Shown here piece after piece: positions 49,235-63,581 of a DNA stretch of 64,000 bases (position 1 is the stretch's first letter; every line of letters begins with the position of its first letter). The notes under the pieces were generated by a model. It worked only from the letters and a program-made list of their open reading frames with translations, had not been told where the DNA came from and searched no databases. This DNA comes from Gnetum montanum (Eukaryota; Plantae; Gnetophyta): the NCBI GenBank assembly GCA_015680685.1, contig MNCI01002312.1, forward strand, positions 288,655-352,654, given 5' to 3'. The translations under genes were made by a program, and so were the position numbers.

Positions 49235-52207
49235 TTATTAGAGTTTGATTTTATGTCTCTTAGATAACTCTAATTACCATAATCTAATGAATAAGAAGTA
49301 ATAATGTAGAATCATAAGATCACAACTTTCTTCTTAACCATAACTACTTCTCATAATACTTTGCAATTGTGAGTATCATAAGTCTTATTAATTAAGCTAC
49401 TTATGAATTCTCGTAGGATAAATAGAGTTATGTTCTATTAATTTTGTAACTTAGTACTAGCCATAGGCTATTGTAGATAGTCTACAAGAAGTACTATTTT
49501 CGAATGTGGTAATTTGGAACATCATCTTTGGGCTTATTGTATTTTCAAGTTTTGACTTGCTAAGAGTATAAGAACTTCTTGTGTTTTGGTGACATTGCTC
49601 TTTCTAGGAATCCATCTTCTTTTGGCTGGTATCCACTTATCCATTTTAAGGTTATGATATACTAATTATTGTTCATAACTCAATGTATTACAAAATTCTA
49701 TAGTTAAACTAGATTCACTATCCTTGCTTATGTATACTTGGCTAAGCTACTCTAACTTAGATTGCTAGGCTTTACAAAATATTTTTTCATAAGCCTTCCT
49801 TTCACTAGGCTTTATGAAATACTTCTTTGTAATCCTTCCTCTTCTTCTTCTTCATCATAATTTTTTGGATAATCTTCTCTTCTTATTTAAGAAACTAGAC
49901 CAAGCTATATATGACACAAGTTAGATCTTCTTTTCTAATTTAAGAAATTGGATCCTTGTGTCACAAAGATTTGTTTATTATCTTCTATAACACTTGCTCA
50001 TCAATCTTACAAATAGGACTAATGGCTACTTCATCTCCTCATGGTTCCATTTGAAAGAGCTTGGAGGATTCTTGCATTATGAATTATAATTTTTGTTGTT
50101 TCATAAACTTCTTTACTTATAATTCTTCTTTCCATTCATCACGAATTGGTTCACAATGCTCTTTCTTTCATGAGTTGGCTCAAAAGGTCTAATGCATGTT
50201 ATGAACTTTGTGATTCTTTTTTTGGTTCTTCCTCATAGTTCTTCTCACATTTTATACTCATAGGTTATTTCTTCATGTTCTTCTTATTGTTCCTTATTTC
50301 TTTTTTACAAAGTGAGAAGTCTTACTCTCTTATCCTTCATAGGAAATTGCAACTCTTTGCCAAATCATTATGATAGTTTGTAATTGCTAATGAATTAAGT
50401 TTAGAAACAAATGATTGTAACTTAACTTAGGAGTATATTTTAACATTCCCCTTCAAGTATTAGTTTTCTAACTTAATCTTTCATGTTTACAAATTCATGA
50501 GTGGCTAAGATTAATTTCTTTAACTTGACAAATATTTTATATTTTGTGAAGCTTTCTTTCTCCAATTCACTTGTGAATTAGAAAACATGAAACTTAAGTT
50601 TCCTTCCATACAAACTTCAATAATTATTCTTCCTTTTCTACATCTTTAATCTTAATTATAATTTCAACTTCTTCCCTTTACTCTTAATAGTATCACTTTC
50701 ATCCATTAGGTAGTTAATTCTTTACACCTGATTATGACTTTCTTCTTAGCATAATTAATATTACAATGTTTGAATTTTACTATCATTATGATTTTCTTGT
50801 TCTTTCTAATTGCCTTAAAACTTTAGCTAAAATTATGCGTGAAATGAATTATGAGTGATGTACATGATTGAACTCCCTTTTCATTGACTTGTAATTCTTA
50901 CCATTGCACCCCTTGTAGAGGCTCATAAAACCCTAGCAAGGATCTTCATTCCTTCTACAAGGGCATGAAGTTCTTATTCTCATTTTGATCAAATCATTTT
51001 ACATTTCACTTCTTGTGATATGGGGCCTTATTTATATGATCTTATTTTATTTCATTTCTTGCAAAATGTATAACAAATTCATGCCAAAATTTGGTTTGGA
51101 ATAGGATCATAATTGGGACTTATCTCTTAATACTCATGATATGAAGTTCCAAGATTGACTATCAAAACTTTGAGATAATTTTTCCTTTAAATTTCATTGC
51201 CATCTCAATGATTAGTTAGAATGCAATCACTTTTATTATGCTTCTTGTCATGTTCTATTCGACATGTGGTACCAACTTACTAATTTTAGAAAGAAACTAC
51301 AAGGTGATAAACCCTTTCTTTTTACTACTTCAGTAGTCTTAATAGATTCTCCTTCCTACAACATGAATGGTTATGACTCCTTTCTTAATATGTGCCTCAT
51401 CAACTAGAAAAATGGTGTAGATTGGTATCCATGATTATAGGTTGTAGTCTCTAATTCTTTCATATTTAAATTAGTGTTTTCCTTATTCTTGGTTATCTTT
51501 CTTAACTAATTGTATTCTCCTTTGATTTTAAAATTTGCTTACCTTTCTTTTAGAATAACTATGGTCCCATGAAATTTTTAATTTACAATTATTTTGAAAC
51601 ATCATCTCCCTTGATACATGCCTTTTCAAACTCAATTTACAGATGATTTTTTAGTTTCATTTTCTCGATGTAAATCTTATTAATCTTTTGGATCTTCCCA
51701 TAGGTCCACCATTGTTATCAAAAGCTATCGTCACCATATTTTCTTTTAATTTCTTTTCATCTTCTATTTTTTTGAAACTTTCTTACAAACATAGCTTTCT
51801 TGATTGAAGTTTTGCAATGTCTAATTATGATCTTCTTAATTCTTTCTTTCATATATTATGCAATCTCTTGAATTTAATACTAAGTAGTAATCTCTCCTCC
51901 TTCCTTTCACTAATACTATTTTAGAATTTGGTTTTACATCTCTTAATTAACTCTAATTACCAAGATTTAATGAGTAAGAAGTAATAATGTAAAATTGTAA
52001 GATCATAACTCTTTTTTTCATGATAACTACTTCTTGTAATACTCTGTAGTTGTGGGTATTGTAAATCTTACTAAGTGAACTTCTTATAAATCCTCTTAGG
52101 ATGAATAGAGTTATGTTGTATTGACTTTGTCACTTAGTAGTAGTCATAACATATCATAGATAACCTCCAACAAGCACTATTTCTAAATTTGATACTTCAT
52201 AACATCA
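49235..52207. mobile_element. Very old AT-rich element bounded by ~290-bp direct repeats (~49235-49524 and ~51920-52207); probable degenerate LTR element
   Basis: taactctaattacca..taagaagtaataatgta..atagagttatgtt..aacatca occurs twice; the interior has no long ORF. Confidence 0.55.
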
Positions 52208-52240
52208 TAAATTAATAACATGGTGGTAGAATAATTAATC

Positions 52241-55200
52241 TAATGAAGAAAGGTCATATGCTTAATTTGAAGCTCGTAGCACATTTGCAACCTAGTATAA
52301 CAGTGTCCTATCATAAGGATAGTCTACTACTACAACACTCGTAAGTTAAGCCCACAACCTTTCTAATGAACCACGATATCGGGGCTGCGATATCATATCC
52401 ACGATATCTGGTATGTGATATCAAAGCTCACCAAGTGATATTGAGCATCCAATGTCATTACCTATAAATAAGAGGCAGGCATGCTTGTTTTGCATAGTTA
52501 GTCTTAGTCCCTTACCTGAACTCTTGCAGTTTTCCTTCCTTAGAGTTAGAATCATTTCTGAGTGCCTACAGTAGAATTCATAAAGTGAATGGATCTTTAT
52601 TCAAGCACTATGTACCTGAGCACACCTTGTGGTCAGAAATAAAGATGAACTTTATGATAAACCTTGCAGCATTTGGAATAGCTTATTTAATGTTATTTAA
52701 TGCTTTCTTTAGTTAATTAATGTTCTCTCTCTCACCTTGTTATCTCTCTCAAGTAAGCACACTCAGTACGACCACTTGGAGCATGCATGGAACACTTGGT
52801 AACCTAGTAACGATTAGTATTTGGTAATCCCAGTAGTGTTGCATTGGTTCAGGATGTGTACAGCAAGTGGGAATGGATGCTGGTGTTAGGACTAGTTATA
52901 ACATAGTCAATTAGTTAAATTAAATTAGTTACTTAATTAGTTCATTTCTCCCTTTGTAGCACCAAGACATAAAACATCAGAAAATATATAAAAATCATAT
53001 ACCTGAAGTTTACTTAACCATACAATCATGCTATACAAGTAAGCTTGGGAAGACAATGATTGACTAACCCGTCTGGGTTCTGTGAAGGCGCATAAGCACT
53101 TAGCCCTTAGAATTCGACCAGATCATGCATGTACACTCGTATTCATATGGTTGAGCGTAGGGATACCTCACTGCTCATCATCGGTCCCACTACCAAGGAC
53201 TTTGTTGTTTGTGCACTAGCTAGAATTTAGGAAATCTTCTCATCGTTGGAACAAACCCTTAGGGTTGGTTATCTTACAATTATTGAAAAAAAAAGTATTG
53301 CACACTGAATAGACAATTATGTATCCTTCTTCTTATGAGAGTGTTTCACTGCCTAGGTCCGATACAGGGAACAATCAGAGGCATAGTACACATGATAATC
53401 TACCAGTCCCCCAACAGTTTTATCTGGTATACGTTCATCCCAATGAGTATATACCAAATTTTACCTTTATCCTCCACCAGGATGAACAACTGCATTGGCG
53501 TGATTTAGAGGGTAACATAGTGTTACCTCTTGATCACTCAATCTCACACATACTTCTTCATGCTCTCACATGAATTGGTATGCAACACTTACAGGTAGAG
53601 TACGTTGTGCATGATCATGACTCGAGAGAGTATCAATCCACAGAGGCACAACATCAAAGGGACTTACAACAAAAGAGACGCTATGAATCCATGAAGGGGA
53701 GGTTGTCTTAGAATGTCCTGTATGTCATAGGTAAAAATGAGGGTGGTGAACCTACCTTAGGAGGTCTCCCACATAATGATGTTCCTCCCGTTGACTTCAG
53801 TCAAGGGGTGGTGTATTAGAATCTTCACTCAACTATCCATGACCTAGATTCTGGTACTGACAGACACAAAGGGTCTAAAAAAGGAACATGAACACAAGAC
53901 AAATATGGACATTATAATTCTAATTGTAGTCGAGGCCACCACCACTAAAGAGAAGGAAGCAAGCACCATAATGATGACAATCCTCCTTCTTCTTCAACTT
54001 CATCATCTCCTTCACTGTCTCCTTCAAGATCTAGATACAGTCGTAAAGGAAAAGACCCTGAGGATAATGGTAAGTGAAACAGTAATCATAGACAAAGTAG
54101 CTGAGATAGGGGACTAGGGCATTCTAGGGAAACTCATCATGAAAGGAGGGAGAGTGGGGAACAACATAGGCATCATAGATTCCATAGATAGTACAATCAC
54201 GATGAACCCCTACTCACTACCCAAAGTATGCTAGATATAACTAAGGCTATTAGAATCCCAACAAGACACCAAAAAGATATTAGGGTCAAAGGATTAGATA
54301 TGAACAATATCCCACGATTTGAAGGGGGATACAATTTAGATCCTCAAAATCATTTGCAAGCATTTCACGATGCATGTGCCTTGCAAAATATAGAAAACAA
54401 GTGGCAAAATCTCAAGTTGTTTCCATAGACATTGATCAAGGAAGTGGAAAGCTGGTACCGATCCTTAGAACTTGAATCCATTTGTTGTTGGAATACCATG
54501 TTAGAACTATTCAACGATAAGTATCAGACGTACTCATGAGTGTCCAACCTATGGAACCAAATCCAAGGATGGAAATAAGGAGGACATGAACCCTTGGATG
54601 CTTCCATGGGCCAATGTTATGGACTGCTACATCATTGTCCAAGCCATGGTTACTCACAAAGGGAACAACTATGCCATATTGTAGATGGGATTAGGCATGA
54701 AACACAAAGAAACTTTGGGACTTATGCCCAAGGAAGCCTATCTAAGCTTAGGGCCCATCAAGTATAGAGATTTTTGGAGCAATCTTCTAAAGAGAAATGT
54801 GAGTTAAGGAAAAGAGAGGGTACAGAAGAATATAAATAGATCTTTCCCTTCAAAATAAGGGAGTTAGATTTTATGAGGACGAAGAAGAGTCACCACTTGA
54901 AGAGATGGTGAATAGGAAAACCTTTCCCATTCAAAAACTTGCATCAAAAGTATCAAGAAAGGTGGACCAAATGTGGGACTCCTTAGATAATAGATTTCAA
55001 ATAGTTCTCAAAATAGTAGAGGAGTCTAAAGAGGAAGGTAGTGATTGAGAAAGGAAAAAAAAAAGAGAAGCTAAATATGCACATAACAAAGGTAAGGGCA
55101 AAGTTTCCATCATCGAAGAGGTTGTGGATTTGGATATAGACAATGATGGTGGATGTGAGATATGCCAATATGACCATCCTAAGGGATGTTTTCCTGTAAT

Positions 55201-58200
55201 CTCACATCTGCAGAAGTATAGGGCGTATGAAGTCAACCCATGATTAAATAGAAGGTAAACACCTCGAAGGTTACCTTATTCCCAAGGTAATCCAAGACAG
55301 TTTCACTAACCCTTTACGTATTCTCCAAGTGGAATTCCACCACAACCAAATGAGCACTACCAATAGTGGTAGCACCCACAATCATGGGGAATGCCACCAT
55401 GACATCAATAGTATCCTTACTATCAACCCGACCCATATGGATACTATGTGTAGTAACTGATCTCTCCATGTGACTCTACTGGTCATGTCACTCCATAGCC
55501 TCACTACCAAGCCCATAAGTATTATAGAACTCCTTCTCCTAGGAGTGATGTTCCACAAACATACCATCCTTCTCATCTAGCTACATCTCTTCCACCCTTA
55601 ACTTCATTACCCCCTTCTCCACCCATGTAGGGTGAGCTCCCTGCCTAGCCATAGAAATGTAACGCTACAAGGGCTATTAATCCTCACCCTACTGTTGGTT
55701 TGGACAACCATGTAAAGAAGAGATATTTCTTTAGGACTGACAATCCAACCAAGTTCTTGCAGTCACAAGTGGCTAACTCTCCAAAGGCCTCACCATCATT
55801 CGAAACTTCGGACTTCCCTTCAAACCAATAGCCGCATGCAACGCATACGGTCATGTTGATGCATGCCATTACCGATTGGATTAGGGTTGGCCATCTTCCT
55901 AGGAAATTCTTTGATCTTGGGAGTCCTCTTATATATTTACAAATCATTGGAAATGAACCTTGCAAAGCTCTTTTGGATTCAGGTTCTAGTGTCAACTTAA
56001 TCTCTCAAGAAATGTATAAAGCCTAGAACCTGCCTCCACTGAAAAAGAGTAACATACATTTAGAGTTGTCCAATTAGTCCATCACTATCCCATTAGGACT
56101 AGTGGAGGACATCATTACCATTGTTTGTGGGTGGTTGTATCTAGCTAACTTTCTAGTGATTCAAGTTAACAACAGAAAGAGGGACTTTCCAATCATAGTG
56201 GGAAGAGCATGGCTAAGCACAATTGACACACACCTAGGAATACGTGATATTTCCCTAAAGATATCAAAGAAAAATATGTTTGGAAAGATCAAGAAGAAGA
56301 AAGTTTTGTGCATCACATACAGTGACACATGGTGTAATTTCGTGTAGAAGTCTTGGTTTGTATAACATGTAACATTTCTTGCATGCAACCAATGTGCACA
56401 AGTAACTAACATACAAAGGTGCCTGTATGTGGTAGCCACAAGATAGGAAGGCACCTAGTGGCTGATAGTTAACTAAGAGAGCAACTCAGCTATATGCATA
56501 GAACTAACTAAGGGTTTGACCTGTGCTTACATAGATAGCATAGACACATTAGAGCAAGTTCATTGCCAACTTCCAAGTCTTGACATTGAAAATATCAACT
56601 GGGGGAAGTTGGAAATCCCTAAAAACTTTAAGCAAGAGCCCCTTGAGTTAAAACTGTTTCCCACCAGTATGGAGTATACATTTCTTAAAAATGAAAAATC
56701 GGTAATTATTAATGCTAAGCTCACTCCTCAACAAAAAGAGAGATTGCTGGAAATGGTGAACAAATGGTCAAAATCCTTTGCTTGGTCATATCCCGAATTA
56801 ACCAAAATAGACCCTAGGATATGCCAACATAGGATTTACATTGACCCCTCCATGAAGCCTTGATGATAATCGCAGAGGCAATTGAACGTAAAGATGAAAA
56901 AAGTGGTTAAAAAAGAAATTGAACTTCTAAAAGTTGGGTTCATCTACCCCATTGCTGATAGCAAATGGGTTAGTCCATTAGTTATTGTACCCAAAAGGGA
57001 GGTAAATGGAGGGTGTCTATAGACTTTAGGCTACTAAACATGGCAACATTCAAAGACCACTTTCCATTGCCATTCGTTAACTAATTCTTAGACCATTGTA
57101 GGGCATCGCTACTATAGTTTTCTAGATGGATACAATGGATACAAACAAATCCAAATAGCACTAGAAGACCAAGCCAAGACCACATTCACAAGTCTTTGGG
57201 GAACATTTGCATACAAATAAATGTCGTTTGGCTTATGTAATTCTCCTACAACATTTAAAAATTTGGTTTTAAGTATCTTTCAGCAGCAAATAGGGAATGG
57301 TGTAGAGGTCTTCAAGGATGATTTCTCCACCTACAGAACAGACTTTAATCAAGCATTGGACTGATTAGAGCAAGTACTAAAATGATGTGTTGAAACCAAT
57401 TTAAGGCTAATCTTGCAAAAATGCTATTTAATGGTCTAAGAAGGCATAGTATTAGGGCATAAGATTTTATAAATAGGATAGAGGTAGATCCCAAAAATAT
57501 TAAAGTCATCCAAGGAATCATGTGTCAACCTAAAACTCTAAAAGACATCTGATCATTACTTGGACACACTGGCTATTATAGAAGATTCATAGAGAAATTT
57601 TCAAAGGTTGCAAAACCATTGGTTGAACTAATGAAAAAGGTTATACCTTTTGAATGGACCAAGAAATGTGAACTAGCTTTCCAAACCTTGAAGCAGAAGC
57701 TTGTAGAAACACCCATTCTACAAGCTCCTAACTAGTCCAGACCATTCCACATAATGACTAACACATCCAACTATGCTCTAGGAGCCATACTTAGATAGTT
57801 AGATGACTAGAAACGACCCTATTACATCCATTGTGCAAGTCGAAGTATTGTTGGTACACAACTCAACTATAACACAATGGAAAAGGAATTAATGGCTATG
57901 GTGTTTACACTAGATAAGTTTAGGCACTATGTATTGGGCTATAAGGTACTTGTACACACAAACCATAGTGCAATTTGGTTCCTACTGAATAAACCAACAG
58001 TGAGCCCTTGCATCATACGATGGCTCATAATCTTACACGAGTTCGATCTTACGATGATAGATCATAAAGGCACCGAGAATGTTGTTGCTCATCATTCATC
58101 TCAATTAAGATGTGACAACAAAGGGGATGAATATCCACTTTCTAATTGCTTTCCTAATGAATTTCTCTTTGCAGGTGTAGTAAATAATTAATTAACCATA

Positions 58201-59112
58201 GAGACAAATTGGTATAGTAGTCTTCTTACCTATCTCATTACACAACAAACACCACAAGGGTTAGATGCTAAAAAGAAATCGTAGTTTCTACATCGAGTGA
58301 AATATTTCATGGAAATCAATGAACACCTTTATAAGGTATGTTCCAATGGCTTGGTCCGATGGTGTGTTCCTGATGTAGATCAATTACAAGTTCTCCAAGA
58401 TGCTCATGAGGGCCCTTGTGGAGGTCATTATCCAAGGAGATGAATAACAATTAAAATCCTTCTTGCAAGATATTATTGGGCTACATTGTTCCGAGACACT
58501 CATCATTTTGTCCAATCTTGTAAGCACTGCCAACGTGATGGGGGAAAGACTACTAGAATAGAGGATCCACAATAATGGATTCAACTTTTAGAACCCCTTG
58601 ATATATGGGAAATTGATTTTATGGGGTCTATTACACTAATGTCCAATGGAAAAGCCTACATTGTTATTGTTGTTGACTATTTTACAAAATGGGAAAAAGT
58701 AGCTATTGTTATGGACTGCACATCATCTACTCTTGCATGATTTGTTAAAAAAAATCACAAATAGGTTTGGCATGCCTCATGCACTTATTTTGGATAATGG
58801 TACACACTTTACAGGTGCGACTTTTTGGAAGTTATGCAATGCTTAGGAGTGAAAAAAAAGTTGACTACACCATATCACCCTTAAGTAAATGGTCAAGCTG
58901 AGGTCACCAATAGGGAGATTACAAAAGTATTAACATGAACTGTTAGCAAGAATAGGCAACATTAGAGCATGAAATTGAATTATGCTCTTTGGGCATACTG
59001 CTTCACATGGAAGCTCCCTATAGGCTACTCTCCCTACGAGTTAGTATACACTAAACTTCCAACACTTCCCATTCAAGCAGATCTTCATACACTATCAATG
59101 GCATGTGACCTC
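52241..59112 (+). mobile_element. Athila-like Ty3/Gypsy element, 5' part (putative LTR ~52241-53180), interrupted in integrase at 59112
   Basis: TATA at ~52463; LTR-end-like ctgctcatca then decayed Asp-type PBS cggtcccactaccaagga. LTR limits are tentative. Confidence 0.7.
54228..59112 (+). pseudogene. Athila-like gag-PR-RT-RH-INT (no aRH), decayed
   Basis: IPRFEGGYNLDPQNHLQAF..LKLFP; ALLDSGSSVNL; PLELKLFPTSMEYTFL; DSKWVSP, KDHFPLPF, LDGYNGY; EKELMAMVFTLDKFRHY; WEIDFMG, NGQAEVTNREI. Confidence 0.88.
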
Positions 59113-60234
59113 TGAAATACCATAAAATTTCTAGGCCCTCTTGCTTCACCAGGGTCTTGGAATCTAGGCAAGGATTTCCACAAGTGTAGCCTTATGATAG
59201 TTTGGCAGGAAATGTAAGCATTGAGATTAGACTGTGCAGTCCTATAAGTTTTCTACCTCTAGAGCTGACAGGCCCGATGGACTTTCTGGCCTGCCCACCT
59301 GGACAATTCACCCAGTTGTCAGTCTATGCAGAAACTATGCTAGGAGTTGTCGACCATGCTTAGGATGGGCAAAATAGTTTGGTAATTTTTTTAGTGGAGA
59401 AGTCTACTATGCTACGCTATGCTGCACAGCGTATCAAGCCTTTGAAGAATCAATCAAGTGTTCGAATACAAGTTTTGGCAAGATGCTCGCACAAGGCAAA
59501 GAAAAAATTCAGCCAACATAGGATGTTATGCTACATAGCATAGCACAACGTAGCAAGGATGAAACATGAAAACATGCCTCTACCAAGACGTTTCAGCAAA
59601 AGAACTACATCTAACAACATTTTGGCTTCCAAGACTACTTTGTCTTAGTTAATCCTTGAACCGCAAGCAAATTTTCCTCGTCAAACCCTAAAATTTTGAC
59701 AAAAATGCATGTTACATTGGTTGCTATGCTATGCTATGATACATAGTGTAGCATAGCATAGCAAAGATGCAAATCAATGAAGTGCTCCAAAGGTTAACCC
59801 AGTGTGCGCCAAGGGTTCCAGCAAATGTTGTTGACTCCAACACAAATTTTCTGTTCAAACTGGTGGCTACATTGTGCTACGTTACATAACATAGCAAGTA
59901 GCTACGCTACGTTAATGCACTATGCTACATAGTGTAGCACAAAATAGTGAGCAGCTACATTACATCAATGCGCTATGCTACATAGCGTAGCACAGCGTAG
60001 TGAGCAACTACGCTATGACAATGGGCCAAACAACATAAGTGATGCAAAGTTGATAGAGGCATCAGGAAATCTTCAAGTAGTGCTATAGCTTGTTAGAAAT
60101 GACTAAGCTCACCATGATCAGCAAATTTGTTCCAATTTAGCATACCCCTTAGTCCATCCCCCAACATTTGTTGCTATGCTTGACCCTGTTCATAAGGATA
60201 GGGAAGATGTAGTCCTGGGGTGGAAAATCCATTT
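59113..60234 (+). repeat. 5' portion of an LTR of the outer-Tat subtype, inserted in the Athila-like integrase and itself interrupted at 60235
   Basis: tgaaataccataaaattt matches the reverse complement of 33405 downward; gggaagatgtagtcc (60201) matches the reverse complement near 32070-32084. Confidence 0.8.
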
Positions 60235-62114
60235 TGTAGCGATCGAAAACATCAGTGGCTAGAAAAAATCGAGAGGTCATCAGTCATTGACAATCTTAAC
60301 CTCGTGTCTGCACAAGGTCATGCTCGATGAAAATAGAAATGGAGTGCCCTGAACGGTCTAGTCGATTAGACAGGGACTTAGTCGGTGTTAATATAACCTT
60401 TCATAAATGGATAATTTGAAAACAAGACCTCTAGCTTAAAATGAAAACTTTAAATGCAAGAGGGACAAAAAATAATGTAAAAATGCAATGATAAGCAAGA
60501 AAGAAAAGTAGAATGTAGTTAGAAAAATGCATCGCTTCAAAGCTACGACTTCACTCTATCAAGGTGGATCTAATTGGTTGCACAATGTTGGGAGGTGTAG
60601 AGATCCCAAAGGTAACCAAGATGTGTAGAGCAAGATGACCATGGGCTTGAATGTGGATTTAGTAGTTAACAATGTGAAATGCTACTAAGGTGGTAGAAAA
60701 GAGTAGGAAAAAATGCCAACTATGAGTGCTAACTTTTTACAATGTCAAACAGAAAGCTTACAATGCTCAAGGTTACAGTGCTAACTTTGTTTTTGCTTGC
60801 CAGCTGACCAAATTACCAAAAAAACACTAGACCTGAACCCTTCAAGTGTTTCTCATTGGGGTATTTATAGGACGAAAGGTATGCAAAATATGTGGTTTGG
60901 ATGCCACGTGCCCTGGGCTTGCGTTGACTTGTCTATGCTGCATGGGCATACATGACCATTGGACATGCATGACCTTTGTAATTATGAGCCTGCCACGCTA
61001 TAATTACGAGCCTGCCATGCCATAATTGCACTATCAGGGTTTGGATATGTGTGCCAATGATGCAATTAGGTGAAGTGCATTGATGTGGTGTAACTGCTTG
61101 CTATGCTACGCTACGCTTTGTAGTGTAGCATGTTGGCGTAGCATAGCATCTTGTTATGCGGCTTGTTGCATGTGTCAAAAAAATTTGAAGTGTGCTGACT
61201 ATTTATTGTATATTTGCTATGCTATGCTATGCTATGTAACGTAGCATAGCATAGCAGCCATCATTAGTTGCAAAAAACATCGCCAATCTGCAAACTTTGC
61301 CTTTTGCACTGCGAAACTTGTGAACTAGCTGATCCCGCCCTTGAGTTGCCATTTGTCACTTTTGCAGAATTGCTATGCCATGTAGCCCAGCATAGCGTAG
61401 CAGCTAACATGGTTTTCCTTCTACCAAGTTTGCTACTTTCTGATGGAAGGGGACATTACTAAAGGACTTCAAGTCGGGTGAGGAGATCTGACCACCTAGC
61501 TTTTGCTGCGCTATGCTGCGTAGCATAGCATAGCGTAGCACTTCGCTTCTACAAACGTCTTCTGAAGTCTGCTACACTAAATAGCGTAGCATAACATAGA
61601 AAAACTCCTTGACTTAGAAAACTTGATAAAGAACTTAGTTTTGCAATCATTTTCTGAAGCTTGATACGCTACATAGCACAACGTAGAGTAGCAAACTCCT
61701 TGACTTAGAAAACTTGCCAAACTATTTTGCACATTCTGAGCACCGCAAACAATTCCATGCATTGCTCCTATGTATGCTGTCGGCTGGGTGAACTACTCAG
61801 GTGGGTAGGCTAGAGAATCCATTTAGCTTATTGACATAGGGAGTAGAAAACTTGCCGAATTGGATAGTCTAAACATCAAAGCATGCATCTCTTGAAGAAC
61901 TACTATGACGTTGTGCGAACTGCAAAGACTTGCTGAAGCAAGAATTTCTTCAAATTTTAGGGTGTTTCATTAGTCCCTCTTTGTTGACATCTAGAGGATT
62001 AACCCGAGAGACATTGACAAAGAATACAAAACACCACAGAAGACAAAGTACTAACATTATTGTTTAGTAATCGTCAAGACATCTCTTAGCTATGCTTGAG
62101 ATTGTTTCATTGGT

Positions 62115-62138
62115 GGGGGGGGGGGGGGGGGGGGGGGG
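62115..62138. repeat. G24 homopolymer in the 3' UTR
   Basis: Directly visible; absent from the homologous region near 25050-25090. Confidence 0.9.
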
Positions 62139-63581
62139 TGAAGGGCAAAGAAGGGAGGAAGGAGGTTCAGGAGAAGGGTAAAGATGATGCTTAGCAGAGT
62201 TCCATATTGGAGTGCTTGTGAGGGAGTTTTTCATGTTTTCAGCTTTACTTTCGCTAACCTTCAACCTCTCGTAGAAACATTTGAGGAGGGTGATTGCGAA
62301 ACGGCTTACGTGCCATTTGTTTTAGGCACATTGTTTTCTCTCTTACACTCTTGCCTTTTGTTATTTTTCCATTTACATTTGTGAACAACCTAGCTACATG
62401 ACAGGTGTTCCTTTCCCAGGATGAGTTTTGTTACATCCGTATGAGACTTTAACATGCCTACATATGCTTCCCATGTAGTGAGCTACGTTACGCACGTTAT
62501 GGGTTTTGCGATTGAGCAAAAAAGAGTGCTTGAAAGATGTCTGAAGAAGATTGTGAAAGAGAGGGGAGTGTGGATCGTGGGTATGTAGATTGAGATGAGG
62601 AAAATGAAGGGGAGGAATAGGATGTGCACTCCAATGTGGCTAAGCTAGTCAAGATGACCCCTTAGAATGATGTAGCATTTTCTGCCATGGCGAGACGCGC
62701 CTTTAGCCATGCCTTGTGAATGTGACAGAGAGCGAACTGAAAGAAATAACCATGATGCAAAACAAAGGTAGAGGTCTAGCTTGCTACAGACACTATTGAA
62801 GCTCTTGGACACATTTGCTAGTGCATGGTATCCAAAGTGGGAAGGCTAGCAGTGGCTTTGGTAGTGTTAGTGTGGAGGAGCTAGCGTCGAAGGAGTGGGG
62901 AGTTGCTGTGAATGTAGATGCTCAAGAATCCCTGCTGAAGGCATGCATTCTCAGTTTAGCTATGGGATCAGCTACCACAAAGCTAAACGTCATGAGATCC
63001 TAGGCATCGAAAAGGAGTTGGACGGTAACAATATTGTGGCTGGGCCACAATACTGCCAAAACTCCAGCAGTAGGCACTGACCAAGGAGCTACCATTAGGG
63101 TAATGGGTCGTGGAAATGGTAGGTCCGGGGGGTCAGTGAGATGTCATACAACATCTCTGGGGGATCAGTAGGATGCCAAGAACAAAGGTATTACATATGT
63201 TCCAGACCGTGTCCTCATTGCATCGCGAACTACATTCTAGAACTGCAACTCCCCCCCCATGTTGGCACTATGTGTGCTCGCTTGATGAGTGCACACTCGA
63301 TTGATGTGTGCATGCTTGCTTGATGTGTGCACACTCGCTTGATGCGTACTTGGTGCACATGCATGTTGGGGATGTGTTGCAAACCCAGTTTAAGGTCTTG
63401 GTAGACCATGTGCTGGTTTAAGGTCCCAGTAGACCGTATGTGTTAGTTAAACGTCATAGCGGATGAGATGTGCTAGTTTAACGTCATAGCACATGTGTTG
63501 TGCTAGTTTAATGTCATAGCAGACATGTTGTTGTGCTAATTTAATGTCATGACCCAAGGATGAGCTTATCATGTTCATACT

